Assembly (NCBI GenBank): GCA_963749495.1
Contig: CAVVMW010000030.1
Span: 64,001-128,000 of the forward strand
From: an uncultured bacterium
GTDB taxonomy: Bacteria > Verrucomicrobiota > Verrucomicrobiia > Limisphaerales > UBA8199
DNA length: 64,000 nt
Reading direction: 5' to 3'
Shown: positions 1 through 9,629 of the stretch, in pieces
How positions within the stretch are numbered: the first letter of the stretch is position 1
Layout: each line of letters begins with the position of its first letter
Notes under the pieces: model-generated
What the model was told of the DNA's origin: nothing
What the model saw: only the letters and a program-made list of their open reading frames with translations
Databases searched by the model: none
Program-made: the position numbers and the translations under genes

Positions 1-1
1 C

Positions 2-322
2 GACGGGTATCTTTACCTGATCGCCGAGAACGGCTCCGCCTCCTGCCTCGAACTCAAGACCGGCAACAAGGTGTGGGAGACGCGCCTCAAAGGTCCCGGC
101 GCCAAGACCAGTTCCTGGTCTTCGATGCTCCTGGCCGGCGGGAGGATCTACGTGCCCAACCAATCGGGCGACGTGTTCGTCCTCCGCGCCAGCCCCAAAC
201 TGGAGCTGCTGGCCACCAACTCGGTGAACGAGCCAACCAACGCCTCCCTGGCTGCCTCCGATGGAGACCTCTTCCTCCGCACCGACCGGAGCCTTTGGCG
301 TCTGGCTCGCGCAAAGCGATAG
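2..322 (+). CDS. PQQ-like beta-propeller protein, C-terminal part (5' end outside window)
   Basis: Open frame from position 2: DGYLYLIAENGSASCLELKTGNKVWETRL...SSMLLAGGRIYVPNQSGDVFVL...NASLAASDGDLFLRT, typical of the end of PQQ/BamB-like propellers. Confidence 0.8.
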   Translation, partial: DGYLYLIAENGSASCLELKTGNKVWETRLKGPGAKTSSWSSMLLAGGRIYVPNQSGDVFVLRASPKLELLATNSVNEPTNASLAASDGDLFLRTDRSLWRLARAKR

Positions 323-359
323 TCCGATCCGCTTTTTCGCCGCAACGACCGTTCCCGGC

Positions 360-974
360 TCAGCGCACTAGGCCCGGAACCGTGAGGACTTTGTCGCACC
401 AAACTTCGTCCCAAGGAGACGTGGGCGGGGTTTTCAGATGCAGCAGGCCCCGGATGCGCAGGGACCAGTACCTCCACTCCCGCCAAGTTGGATTCGTCAC
501 GGGCCGGGGAGGACGCAACCATCCAATGCCCACCTGCTTCGGCGGGGCGCCAGCCTGGACTGGGGCCAGAAAAGTAACGCTTTGACCTGGTTCCAACTCC
601 CGGTAGGTGAAGACCGCGCCGCTGGATTCAGGCTCGGGCTTCCTCTCACTCCATCCAGCGGAAATCTTTTCGCGGTAAAACAGCACTACGGTGTTGGGAC
701 GGGGACCGTCGCGCATGATGGGGTATTCGACGGTGTTGGTGGTGCCGTTGCTCAGGCGCAGTTCGGCGTATCGAAGGCTGCCCGGCCAGTCCTTGTACTC
801 CACAAACACCAGGGACAGCTTGCGGGGCACTGGGGCATGGTGGGCTATCACGAAGCCCGCTACGAGCACCACGACGGCGGCGCAGCCCAGGGCGGCGCCA
901 ATCCGTCCCGGCTGCCAGGCACGGTGGCGCGGGCGCCCACCCCGGTCAGAATGTTGGGGGTCTGTACCAGGCAT
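360..974 (-). CDS. hypothetical single-pass membrane protein (similar in layout to 8521..9087)
   Basis: ATG at 974; N-terminal TM (IGAALGCAAVVVLVAGFVIA) followed by a beta-rich soluble domain (LSLVFVEY..AELRLSNGT..ELEPGQSVTF). Confidence 0.6.
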   Translation of the reverse strand: MPGTDPQHSDRGGRPRHRAWQPGRIGAALGCAAVVVLVAGFVIAHHAPVPRKLSLVFVEYKDWPGSLRYAELRLSNGTTNTVEYPIMRDGPRPNTVVLFYREKISAGWSERKPEPESSGAVFTYRELEPGQSVTFLAPVQAGAPPKQVGIGWLRPPRPVTNPTWREWRYWSLRIRGLLHLKTPPTSPWDEVWCDKVLTVPGLVR

Positions 975-1742
975 CGCTTGTGGGGTCCAACGGTGCAAGT
1001 TCAACATTCGGTGCTCCGCCGCGCAAGAAGAAAAACGGTGCATCCCTTCGCGGTCGTCAGCAGCGCGTTGCCAGAGACTCTGCCTGTCAAACCGCCCAAG
1101 TCCGGCGCATATCAAACTGGCAAATGCCTGGCAGTCTCTCCGGAGGCATCCGACGCGGTTTGACAGCGTCAAATGGTCTGTTGTCCCTGCCGATTTGCCG
1201 CTGTCAAATTTGCCAGGAGGCCCAAACCAGCGCGATTTGACGCCAGCGTGGAATCCGCTGAGAGCGTTTGCCGCACTTGTCGGAGCGCGTCTTTGACGGG
1301 CACCGCGCCAATTTGACGGGACCCGCCAGGAGGCCGGGCCTTGGGCCGCAACATGGCCTTGGCCAGGCGAGGAACGGGTGGTACGCATTCCTTTTGGCCT
1401 CAATGGCAACTGGCGGGCTGCTGATGATCGTCGTGAACCTGACACCACGGGCGGCGAGGCCCGAACGGTGGAGCGCAAACCGGGTCAGGCCAAGCCGGCA
1501 GCGGGCGGAACGCCTTCCTTTGGCCCACCTGGCGGATGAACGGAGCGGCAGCGGGTTTTCGCGGGCTTCGGTGCCGGGACCGCTGAGACTTTCGCTTGCA
1601 CAGGACCGACGCCAGTTTAGGTTCGGTCCAGTTCATCAGCATCATGCAACCAACGACTCAACACGCCGTTCCCCGCAGCGCCCACGTCCTGTCTGCCCGA
1701 AAAATCGTCTCGACAAAACGCTTGATTTGTGATGCGCTCTTG

Positions 1743-1911
1743 ATGCAATCGAGCTGCTCGGAATCAGCAAGCGTCGGTTCGGGGCTTACTTCTTTTCGCG
1801 GGGCAACTCCCTTGCTGGTCGGATGAACTTGGCGTGGCCATTGTCGGGCGCACAGGGCAGCGAAGGTGGGGAACTTTCTTCGGCCCCGGTCGCCGAGCGC
1901 AGGTCCACACG
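1743..1911 (+). ncRNA. candidate structured 5' leader / cis-regulatory RNA, copy A
   Basis: Aligns end to end with 62755..62921 (shared ATGCAATCGAGCTGCT, GATGAAC, CATTGTCGGG, AGGTCCACACG); lies 53 nt upstream of the RCC1 gene ATG; predicted stem with a compensatory change. Confidence 0.5.
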
Positions 1912-1964
1912 CTGGCCCGGTCTCGTCCGGTTGCTTCCACCGATCATTTCTCAATGAGCCTGAT

Positions 1965-4142
1965 ATGAAAACACAACTCTCAAACCAGCTCGGATTCCCG
2001 CAAGACATGGCTTGCCGGGAATTGCGTCCGCTGCTTCATACACAACTGGCCACAGGACTTCTGGCAATCGTCGTTGGTTCGGCGGCCCTGCTTTGCCCGA
2101 CTGCCGGAGCGCAACAGCCTGCTGGAACCGTCGTCGCGTGGGGATGGAATGGGGAAGGCGAGTGCAACGTGCCCAGCGGCCTGAGCGGGGTGATTGCCAT
2201 CGCGGGTGGTGGTGAGCACAGCCTGGCGCTGAAGCAGGACCGAACGGTCGTCGCATGGGGGTATAATGGCTGTGGCGAGTGCAATGTGCCCAGGGGTCTC
2301 AGCGGGGTGATTGCCATCGCGGCGGGACAGCTTCACAGCCTGGCGCTGAAGCAGGACGGGACGGTCGTCGCGTGGGGGGATAATGGCTATGGCGAGTGCA
2401 GCGTGCCCAGCGGTTTGAGCGGGGTGATTGCCATCTCGGCAGGAGGTATGATTAGCTTGGCGCTAAAGCAGGACGGGACAGTCGTCTCGTGGGGGAAGAT
2501 TTGGAATGGCCACAATGCATGGATTCCCGAGACCGTGCCCAGCGGTCTGAGCGCGGTGATTGCGATCGCGGCGGGATATGCTCACAGCATGGCGCTGAAG
2601 CAGGACGGGACGGTCGTCGCGTGGGGAGATAGTGGCTCTGCCGAGGACAATGTGCCCAGCGGTCTGAGCGGGGTGATTGCCATCGGGGCGGCGGATTCGC
2701 ATAGCTTAGCGCTCAAGCAGGACGGGACGGTCGTCTCGTGGGGCGAGACTACTTACGGCGAGTGCAATGTGCCCAGCGGTCTGAGGGGGGTGATTGCCAT
2801 CGCGGCGGGCGAGTATTACAGCCTGGCGCTCAAGCAGGATGGGACGGTCGTCGCCTGGGGAGACAATAGCTCAGGCCAGGCGACGGTGCCCACCCGCCTG
2901 AGCGGGGTGATCGCCATCGCAGCAGGAGGCTCTCACAGCCTGGCCCTCAAGCAGGACGGGACGGTCGTCGCATGGGGAGCCAATGGCGTTGGCCAGGCGA
3001 CTGTGCCTCCCGACTTGTCGGGAAGCGGGGTGGTTGCCGTCGCAGCGGCATTGGCGCACAGCATGGCACTGGTCGGCCCTCTGGCACCGATCATTGTCGA
3101 ACCTCCGCAAACTCAAACGGCAGAAGCTGGGTCCACATCCGGCCTTTACGTCGTAGCTGACGGCGTTCCGCCCCTGATTTACCAATGGTTCTTCGACAGC
3201 ACCAATGCGGTGAGCGGCGCGACCAACTCGTTCCTGGTCCTGGCCAACGCCCAGCCCTCGCAGTCAGGCGATTCCTACGCCGTGGTTATCACCAACCGCT
3301 ATGGAGCTGTCACCAGCGACACCGCCACGTTGAGCATCATTGCGCCAGTTCCGAGAAGGACGGTTCCGGCCCTCTACTTGACCGGCGATGTTGGCAGCTT
3401 TCTGCGCCTGAGTTACGCCGACACTCCCGGTCTCGGCGGCGCATCCTGGCAGGCGCTGGACGCCCTCACCCTGACCAATACACCGCAACTCTGCCTCGAT
3501 CTTTCTGACCCGCTGCCGCCCTATCGGTTCTACCGCGCCTGGCAGACCAACGTGCCGAGCCTGAAGCCTGCGCTGGACCTGGGCCGCGCCACGGAGATCA
3601 CCCTCACCGGAGCCATAGGCAGCAAGGTCCGCATTGACTACATCAACCAGTTTGGCCCGACCGACGCCTGGGTGACGCTGGACACCGTAACCTTGACCAA
3701 CACGACACAGCCTTACTTCGATCTGACAATGTTTCGCCAAGCACCCCGGCTCTACCGCGTCGTTCCGGTGCTGGAGGCAATCCAGACCTTGCACCCTGTC
3801 AGCCTGCCGATTTGCCCCAAGAGCGTCGTGGTGATCTCTGGGCCTGTGGATGGGCTGCTCGGGATTCGCCTGGACCCAGTGAGCACAGAGGATCAAAATG
3901 GCCCCTGGGGACTTCTCGGCGCAGACCCCAGGTCCAGCGATGGCCATCAAGCGCCGCTGTGGGTTCGCAGCGAGGAAACTGTGGGTTTGACCGCCGACCA
4001 AGCCGGGACGCTCGCCCGACAGTTGGCCAACGAGACATCGCAAAGTCTTTACCACTGCCAGCCCTTTCGTAACGGCCAGCCCGCCCGCTTTGTTCAGGGA
4101 CGATGGCTCTGGCGGGAGGCTGCGAGGACATGGACTTGTTGA
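1965..4142 (+). CDS. secreted RCC1-repeat / immunoglobulin-domain protein; native end probably near 3770, with the frame running on into unrelated sequence
   Basis: Signal peptide ending PTAGA-QQ; 8 repeats GTVVAWG..N..G...VPSGLSGVIAIAAG..HSLALKQD; Ig domain (PPLIYQWFF..YAVVITNRYGAVTS); two terminal domains ending RFYRA and RLYRVVP. Confidence 0.85.
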   Translation: MKTQLSNQLGFPQDMACRELRPLLHTQLATGLLAIVVGSAALLCPTAGAQQPAGTVVAWGWNGEGECNVPSGLSGVIAIAGGGEHSLALKQDRTVVAWGYNGCGECNVPRGLSGVIAIAAGQLHSLALKQDGTVVAWGDNGYGECSVPSGLSGVIAISAGGMISLALKQDGTVVSWGKIWNGHNAWIPETVPSGLSAVIAIAAGYAHSMALKQDGTVVAWGDSGSAEDNVPSGLSGVIAIGAADSHSLALKQDGTVVSWGETTYGECNVPSGLRGVIAIAAGEYYSLALKQDGTVVAWGDNSSGQATVPTRLSGVIAIAAGGSHSLALKQDGTVVAWGANGVGQATVPPDLSGSGVVAVAAALAHSMALVGPLAPIIVEPPQTQTAEAGSTSGLYVVADGVPPLIYQWFFDSTNAVSGATNSFLVLANAQPSQSGDSYAVVITNRYGAVTSDTATLSIIAPVPRRTVPALYLTGDVGSFLRLSYADTPGLGGASWQALDALTLTNTPQLCLDLSDPLPPYRFYRAWQTNVPSLKPALDLGRATEITLTGAIGSKVRIDYINQFGPTDAWVTLDTVTLTNTTQPYFDLTMFRQAPRLYRVVPVLEAIQTLHPVSLPICPKSVVVISGPVDGLLGIRLDPVSTEDQNGPWGLLGADPRSSDGHQAPLWVRSEETVGLTADQAGTLARQLANETSQSLYHCQPFRNGQPARFVQGRWLWREAARTWTC
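2124..3074 (+). repeat. 8 intragenic tandem repeats of ~117 bp (RCC1-like units)
   Basis: Recurrent GGACGGTCGTCGCGTGGGG ... GTGCCCAGCGGTCTGAGCGGGGTGATTGCCATCGCGG ... CTGGCGCTGAAGCAGGAC. Confidence 0.9.
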
Positions 4143-4224
4143 CATCGAGGCGACGGTTGAGTTTGAGGCCGATGGTGCCAAGCCCGAGGTGAACGTCATC
4201 CTCTGGGACAGCCGAGCCAAGTGA
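3985..4224 (+). pseudogene. fragment of a small hypothetical protein, frameshifted near 4120-4130, fused to the RCC1 frame
   Basis: LTADQAGTLARQLANETSQSLYHCQPFRNGQPARFVQGRWLW continues in another frame as GHGLVDIEATVEFEADGAKPEVNVILWDSRAK*. Confidence 0.5.
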
Positions 4225-4388
4225 ACGAAAGGCGACCGACCGAAACGTCGGGGCCATTCTGGACGCGTTCAGGGGGGGCGTTGGTGGAGCCGTGACAGCG
4301 GTCACAAACGGCACGAACCAAAGGGCTTGCACCATGGAGTTGGATAATTCAAGATTCTAACCGCCGGTAGCGCAAACACAGTTGCCCC

Positions 4389-4675
4389 ATGACAGAGCAG
4401 CAGTACTTCGAGGCGCAGCAACAGCTTTTCAAGTCGTTGCCCCTTGGCGCAGCGAATGCAGCCGTTGTTCCGTTGCGAACGACGTTTTCATCGGGAACAT
4501 CACCCTGTGTCGGTTCACAACCATGCCGACAGCCGCTCTGCGGCAGGCGGTCCTGGCGTGCGAGCGTCTGTTTCTCGGCATGTACAGCGCACGCACCATG
4601 CAACTCGTCGAATGCGATGAAGTCTGTAGTTTCGGGTCGCGAGTCCTCCATGTTTCACTCGACATTGGGGCATGA
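4389..4675 (+). pseudogene. small hypothetical gene, probably frameshifted near 4470
   Basis: MTEQQYFEAQQQLFKSLPLGAANAAVV continues in another frame as VANDVFIGNITLCRF...VLHVSLDIGA*; lower GC than the flanks. Confidence 0.3.
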
Positions 4676-5065
4676 GCAATCGGCTTGTCAGGGCGGTCGC
4701 CCTCCCGACTCCCGCAGCACCTGGACTGCGAGTCTGCGCCCGGCGTGTCCAGATACCGAGGCTGCGGTCGGGTGCCTGGGCGGGCGGCCCCGGCTGCCTA
4801 CCGCGCTGGCGGGCAGCGGCCAACCCGCCAAGCGGAGCCCATCCGCTGGTTCTCCGGTTCGGCCCGTAAGGGCGGAGGCCGGGGCCAGCGCCGCACCCGA
4901 GCCATGCCGACCGGCGTGATGGCCACGACCACGGCGGCACCCCCAGGGAAGTTCCGTGCGCCAATGAGCGCGTGCGCGTGCGCCGGGGTTCAACGATTGG
5001 ATTCCAACCGCAGCGCGTGACGGATGCCGGATTCGTTTGTCAGATTGAACACAAAGGCCATTGCT

Positions 5066-5347
5066 ATGCGTGAACTGACATCGCTCGAAACCGGTTACCT
5101 CGCCGGTATGCTGCTGCTCTCCTTGGTTCTGCCGTTGCTGATGAGCACCTGTGCTCCACGAGATGCGGTAACCAAGAGGTCTTGCATGAAGACGGTCTGG
5201 ATTGGACAGGCGCTTCTTGCGGTCGCCGGGCTGGCTGTGTTGGCCTCAGCGTCGGTTGCTCCTTGTGCCACTGCGTTCGGCGTGACGAGTTGCATTTGTT
5301 GCACGCTCCTGCTGCTCCGGCAGTTCCGCGCCGTCCGTCCAGCGTGA
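5066..5347 (+). CDS. small hydrophobic membrane protein
   Basis: MRELTSLETGYLAGMLLLSLVLPLLMS...; three hydrophobic segments. Confidence 0.55.
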   Translation: MRELTSLETGYLAGMLLLSLVLPLLMSTCAPRDAVTKRSCMKTVWIGQALLAVAGLAVLASASVAPCATAFGVTSCICCTLLLLRQFRAVRPA

Positions 5348-5418
5348 GGCATGTTTTTGAAAAGTGGGCGGGCTAATCAGGTCGCCGGGAAGACTGCCCA
5401 ACGGCTCCCACGCCACCC

Positions 5419-5975
5419 GGAGGCCGCGTGGTCGGGACGAACCTGTTGGGCAACCGCGTGGCGGTGGACAAGCTGGTCACCTTGAGGAGCGTCAACGGGC
5501 CGCAGTTCACGGTCATCCAGGGTTACCAAGTGCCCGGCGTCACCAACGGCGACGGCGCGATTCGCTGCGTGTATCTGGCCAACGGCGCCAGCCTGTCCAG
5601 CTTTACCTTGGCCAATGGTTCGAGGACGGAGACTTCCATCTCCAGCCAGGGTCGGCTTGCATTGACGCCGGGAACAATGCTTACGTGTCTGGCACCACCG
5701 ACCTGGACGGACGCCCGCGCATCGTCGGTGGGACGGTGGACATCGGCGCTTATGAATTTCAAGGGCCGTTCGACGCTTGGTTGCAGCGATACGGCCTGCC
5801 AACCGACGGCTCGGCGGACTTTGTAGATACTGACGGCAACGGCATGAACAACTGGCAGGAGTGGATTTGCGGCACTTGCCCCACCAACCCGCTCTCGGCG
5901 CTGCGCCTGCTTTTGCCCTCCATCACCAGCACCAATGCGACTGTGATGTGGCAGAGCGTGTCCGGGGTGAACTAT
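5419..5975 (+). pseudogene. fragments of a secreted beta-helix / choice-of-anchor Q protein
   Basis: [42 protein letters not shown] is joined out of frame to [54 protein letters not shown]; no start and no native end. Confidence 0.75.
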
Positions 5976-6236
5976 TTCTTCGTTGCGCTTTATTGCAAAG
6001 CGGGGGGCTTCCCGTTGCGGTTGGTGCGAGACGATGCCCACTACAAGACCTGCTTCATTGGGATCAGCTTCTATGAGGCACTTGACCGCTCCCGCCTTCG
6101 GACATCGCTTGCCGAGGTGTTTGATGAGCGTGGGCATGGTCTGGTGGTTCAGGGAGGCCAGGTTGAGTTCGACAAGAACGACCGCCAGCCGCACATGGAT
6201 GAGGAAGGCGCCCACGCTCTGCTCAAGAACGCGATG
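5976..6236 (+). pseudogene. short prokaryotic Argonaute MID/PIWI fragment
   Basis: [66 protein letters not shown] matches the ALYYKAGG-PWRL / CYIGISFY / TS-AQ-FDERG-G pattern of short pAgos. Confidence 0.75.
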
Positions 6237-6520
6237 ATGTCCCAGAACCCCATCGAAACAGAAAACCGAGGCGGAGGAAAAGCTGAGGTTGATTGCATCG
6301 AGCCTGGTGGATCACGGCATCAAGATGAACCTGAATGGCTTGGCAGCATTGGGGCAGCCGCGGGGATACCCCAAACGGAGTCTAAAACTCTGCCGGGCCG
6401 CCGCGAGTCTTTTGTCGTGTTCCTCCAGGCGGCCAGCCATTGCCGGTAAACGTGCCGAGAAATCAATTGCCCGGCTTAACAAGGACAACAAGCGAGCATC
6501 AAAGGTCGAAACCTCAGTCG

Positions 6521-6643
6521 CTATTTCTTACCCACAACCTGCTTCGCGGCGGCGGCTTGCCGCTTCTTCTGAGCAGCCGCGTTGGCTTTGACTTGCTTCT
6601 GTGCTGCCTGCTTATGTACGGACTTCGGAGACTTGTCGCCCAT
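6521..6643 (-). CDS. small basic Lys/Ala/Gln-rich protein (40 aa)
   Basis: MGDKSPKSVHKQAAQKQVKANAAAQKKRQAAAAKQVVGKK, preceded by the purine-rich AAAGGCAAAG. Confidence 0.6.
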   Translation of the reverse strand: MGDKSPKSVHKQAAQKQVKANAAAQKKRQAAAAKQVVGKK

Positions 6644-6657
6644 AATCACTTTGCCTT

Positions 6658-7716
6658 TCATTGACGGTTTACTACCCGGATTGGTGTAGTTCGTTGCCAG
6701 ACACTGGTGACCGTATCCAACATCTGCGAACGCTGCAAACACAAACACCGTGCAGGAGCTATCCTGCGATATTCCAGACCGGCACCGGCGCAAATCAATG
6801 CTCCCGCCGCGACTGTCCACGGCACACCCACGGCGTGCGACAGCAGACCCGATTCGAGTCCCCCAAGGGGCATCAGGCCGCCGAACACCAGCGCCCAGAT
6901 GCCCATCACGCGCCCCCGCATCGCATCCGACACGCTGGTCTGAACCAGTGTGTTCGTCGTCGAGAAGTAGAGCAGCATCCCCCAACCGCCCACCGCCAGG
7001 CACGCCAGCACGAGCGGAAACCACCGCACGACGGCCAGCAGCAGCAGCATGGCCGAGAACAACCACAGCCCGCCGAAAATCATCAGTCGCGGGCGGACGT
7101 GGCTGCCATAGGTCGCCACGGTCAGAGCGCCCAAGAGCGCACCGACGCCGTTGGCGCTGAGCAGTGCGCCGTTGAAAATGGAACTGTTCGGCGAAATCGC
7201 GTTCATCAGGTCTTTGCGGCTGGTCATCTCCACCGTGAACGCCTGCCGGGCGGGCATGTCGAAGGCCATCGCCACCCCGCCCAGTGCCGCCAGCACCAGG
7301 ATGTGCCACGGCTGGATGCGCCCGCTCCAGACCAGGGCCGCAAACGCGAGGGCCAGCAGCATCATCCCGGTCTGAGTGAAGAAAATCACGGTGCGTTTGG
7401 GATGCCGGTCGGCCAAGGAGCCGCCCCAGACCGAAAGCAGCAGCAGGGGCTGCGACCCGACGGCAGCCACGGTGCCGAGCAAGACCTTCGAGCCGGTCAA
7501 CTGGTACACCAGCCAGCCTTGCGCGGTGTTTTGCATCCAGGAGCCGGTGAGCGACACGAGTTGACCGGCGAAGAACAACCGGTAATTGCGATGCTTCAGC
7601 GCGGCGAAGGTGTCGCGCCACGTCACGCCGCCCACCACCACGCGACGAGGCTGCCCCGTAACCTCTGGCGGGACATTGGCGACTCGTGCGGGCGATTGAG
7701 TTTGTTCAGCAGGCAT
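6658..7716 (-). pseudogene. MFS transporter (DHA3/MFS_3-like) with an internal deletion
   Basis: FAALKHRNYRLFFAGQLVSLTGSWMQNTAQGWLVY..GGSLADRHPKR..FDMPARQAF; NSSIFNGA jumps directly to LLSANGVGAL, so the central TMs are missing; the C-terminus also looks chimeric. Confidence 0.75.
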
Positions 7717-7814
7717 CGCTGTCGGCGGTGGAACTCTACGAGGGCGGTGTTCGGGTACTTCAACCTGCCGTTCGATGCCGAACCGCCGCCCTGACCACGA
7801 CCGAACGCCATTTG

Positions 7815-8357
7815 CTGGATGTCCCGAATGGCGTCGAGGCCGCACCTGGCCGGTATCCTCTTTTTCACCATGTCCGGGACCGTGGCGGCGATAGCCTCCG
7901 GCTCCGCCCGGTCAATGAAGTAGAAGTCGGATTCCATCTGGCTGGCGGGCGTCTCCGGCATGAGGCCCTCGTTGACGCGGTGCGCGGTCGTGATAATCCG
8001 GCTGTGCGCCGCCCGGCGGAAGACCTCCGCCAGCCTGACCACCGGCACCACGCCACTGTCGATGATGTTCCTCAGCACCATGCCGGGCCCGACCGAAGGG
8101 AGTTGGTCCACGTCGCCCACCAGCAGCAGGCCGGCACGTGGTGGGAGCGCCCGGAGCAGGTGGTTCATCAGAATCACGTCAACCATCGAGGTTTCGTCCA
8201 CGACCAGGAGATCGCATTCCAGCGGTCGCGCCTCGGTGCGCGTGAACCCGCCCGAGGCCGCGTTGACTTCCAGGAGCCGGTGGATGGTCTTGGCCTCGAC
8301 ACCGGTCATCTCCGAGAGGCGCTTGGCGGCGCGACCCGTGGGGGCGCAGAGCAGGTG
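7815..8357 (-). pseudogene. recD2: RecD2-like SF1B helicase internal fragment
   Basis: LCAPTGRAAKRLSE..AKTIHRLLE, LVVDETSMVD, LLLVGDVDQLPSVGPG; Walker A, N-terminus and C-terminus absent. Confidence 0.8.
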
Positions 8358-8520
8358 CTCAAGTTTGATGTGGCTTGCGATGTATTGGCGCATTGTGTGG
8401 GTGTGGCCGCGTGGCCCAGCGTTTATGCCCAGCGGTGGAAGCCAGCCGCCTGTGACTCACGAGAGGCAACTTCGGTCCAGGACTGGCCAGCAGCCGCTCC
8501 GGGTTTTTTGGCGGGCATTT

Positions 8521-9087
8521 TTACCTCGTCAGCCATGTGCTGCTGTTGGTCATGTAATTGGTGGGGTTGAGAACCTGCTGGACATCGAGGAATGAGAAGC
8601 GCCCAACTCCTGTCGGCAATTTGTGCTTGGAGGCAAAGTCCAGCAGCCGCGCCTTGAAAGTGTAACGCGCCCAAAGCACGGCAAATCTCCAGCGGCCCTC
8701 ATCCAGAGGTTCACCAATGGCCACAGTAAGCGAACTCCCTGCCCCCAGCGTCGGGGCGGCAAAAAAAGGAAGGTGGGGATTCATGCCGGGCGCTTTGTGG
8801 TATTGCGACCCCTCGACTTCCACCCAACTGCCGCGCCACACGATGGCAGAGGAGTCCTGATTGCTGATTGAAAAGAGGGCAAAGCGCATGGAATTGTTTG
8901 GCAAGTTGGTGTAGCCGGAAAACGACATGATAATGCCGCGCCTGCCTGGCCCGCGCCTGAACGCGAGGCTTGCCACGAGGAGCACGAGCGCGGCGATGAG
9001 AACGAAGAAAAGCAGCCAGCGGCATCGCTGAGAGCGAACGGTATGGTGTTGCGTCTCCGGGGTCTGGTTAGGCTGGTTTGTCGTCAT
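8521..9087 (-). CDS. hypothetical single-pass membrane protein
   Basis: TM (WLLFFVLIAALVLLVASLAF) then IMSFSGYTN..FALFSISN..LGAGSSLTVAI..GRWRF. Confidence 0.65.
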   Translation of the reverse strand: MTTNQPNQTPETQHHTVRSQRCRWLLFFVLIAALVLLVASLAFRRGPGRRGIIMSFSGYTNLPNNSMRFALFSISNQDSSAIVWRGSWVEVEGSQYHKAPGMNPHLPFFAAPTLGAGSSLTVAIGEPLDEGRWRFAVLWARYTFKARLLDFASKHKLPTGVGRFSFLDVQQVLNPTNYMTNSSTWLTR

Positions 9088-9416
9088 GCTCTAATGTTGT
9101 GCCCTTTGTTCACGTCCACGAGCACGATGACGTACGCCTCCTTGAGCCGGGCCGCGATGTCCGCGTCGCTTTCAAAGAGCTTGTGCAGTTTGTGGCACCA
9201 GCCGCACCAGTTGGCCCCGAACTGCACGAGCACGCGCTTGTTCTCCTTTTTGGCCCGCGCCAAGGCGTCGGCGATTTGCTTCCCGCCATCGGCGCTCTCG
9301 TCATAGATGGCCGGGCGGGACGACTTGGCCGGGGCTTCAGCCCCGAGGGCGGGGAGGCCAAGGACGGCGGCCAACAGCGCGGCGGTTCCAATCGTGCAGA
9401 GCAAGTCTGTTTTCAT
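9084..9416 (-). pseudogene. secreted thioredoxin-family protein, 3'-truncated
   Basis: Signal peptide and KRVLVQFGANWCGWCHKL; stops just after VLVDVNKGHN, before the cis-Pro loop. Confidence 0.75.
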
Positions 9417-9629
9417 TGGAGATTCGATACACCGGGCACGAAGCGCGGTCAACCATCGCCGTCCGCCGCAGCCGCGCCGGAGGGGGATTGCGGTTGTGTT
9501 TGGTATGGAGTCGAGGCATAGAATCGCTCGCGGGCAACGATAGGGAGAACGGTCGCACAGCCGGTGCCCGCTGGGACATCGGGCTGTTGGAGCGGATGAT
9601 TACGTATGGCGCAGATGAAATTACGGACC

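Noticed and set aside
1743..1826. Leader peptide MQSSC... as the conserved unit of the duplicated leader
   Set aside because: An indel shifts the frame between the two copies, and conservation continues past the stop in copy A.
2124..3074. Diversity-generating retroelement target in the RCC1 gene
   Set aside because: No reverse transcriptase and no template repeat differing only at adenines is visible in the window.
5348..5375. GGCATGTTTTTGAAAAGTG as an IS terminus
   Set aside because: No partner inverted repeat or transposase was found.
5364..6449. A functional 361-aa Argonaute fusion protein
   Set aside because: The ORF is a patchwork: out-of-frame N-terminus, anchor-Q remnant, ~87 aa of PIWI and an unrelated tail. 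It is too incomplete to fold as pAgo and has no partner gene.
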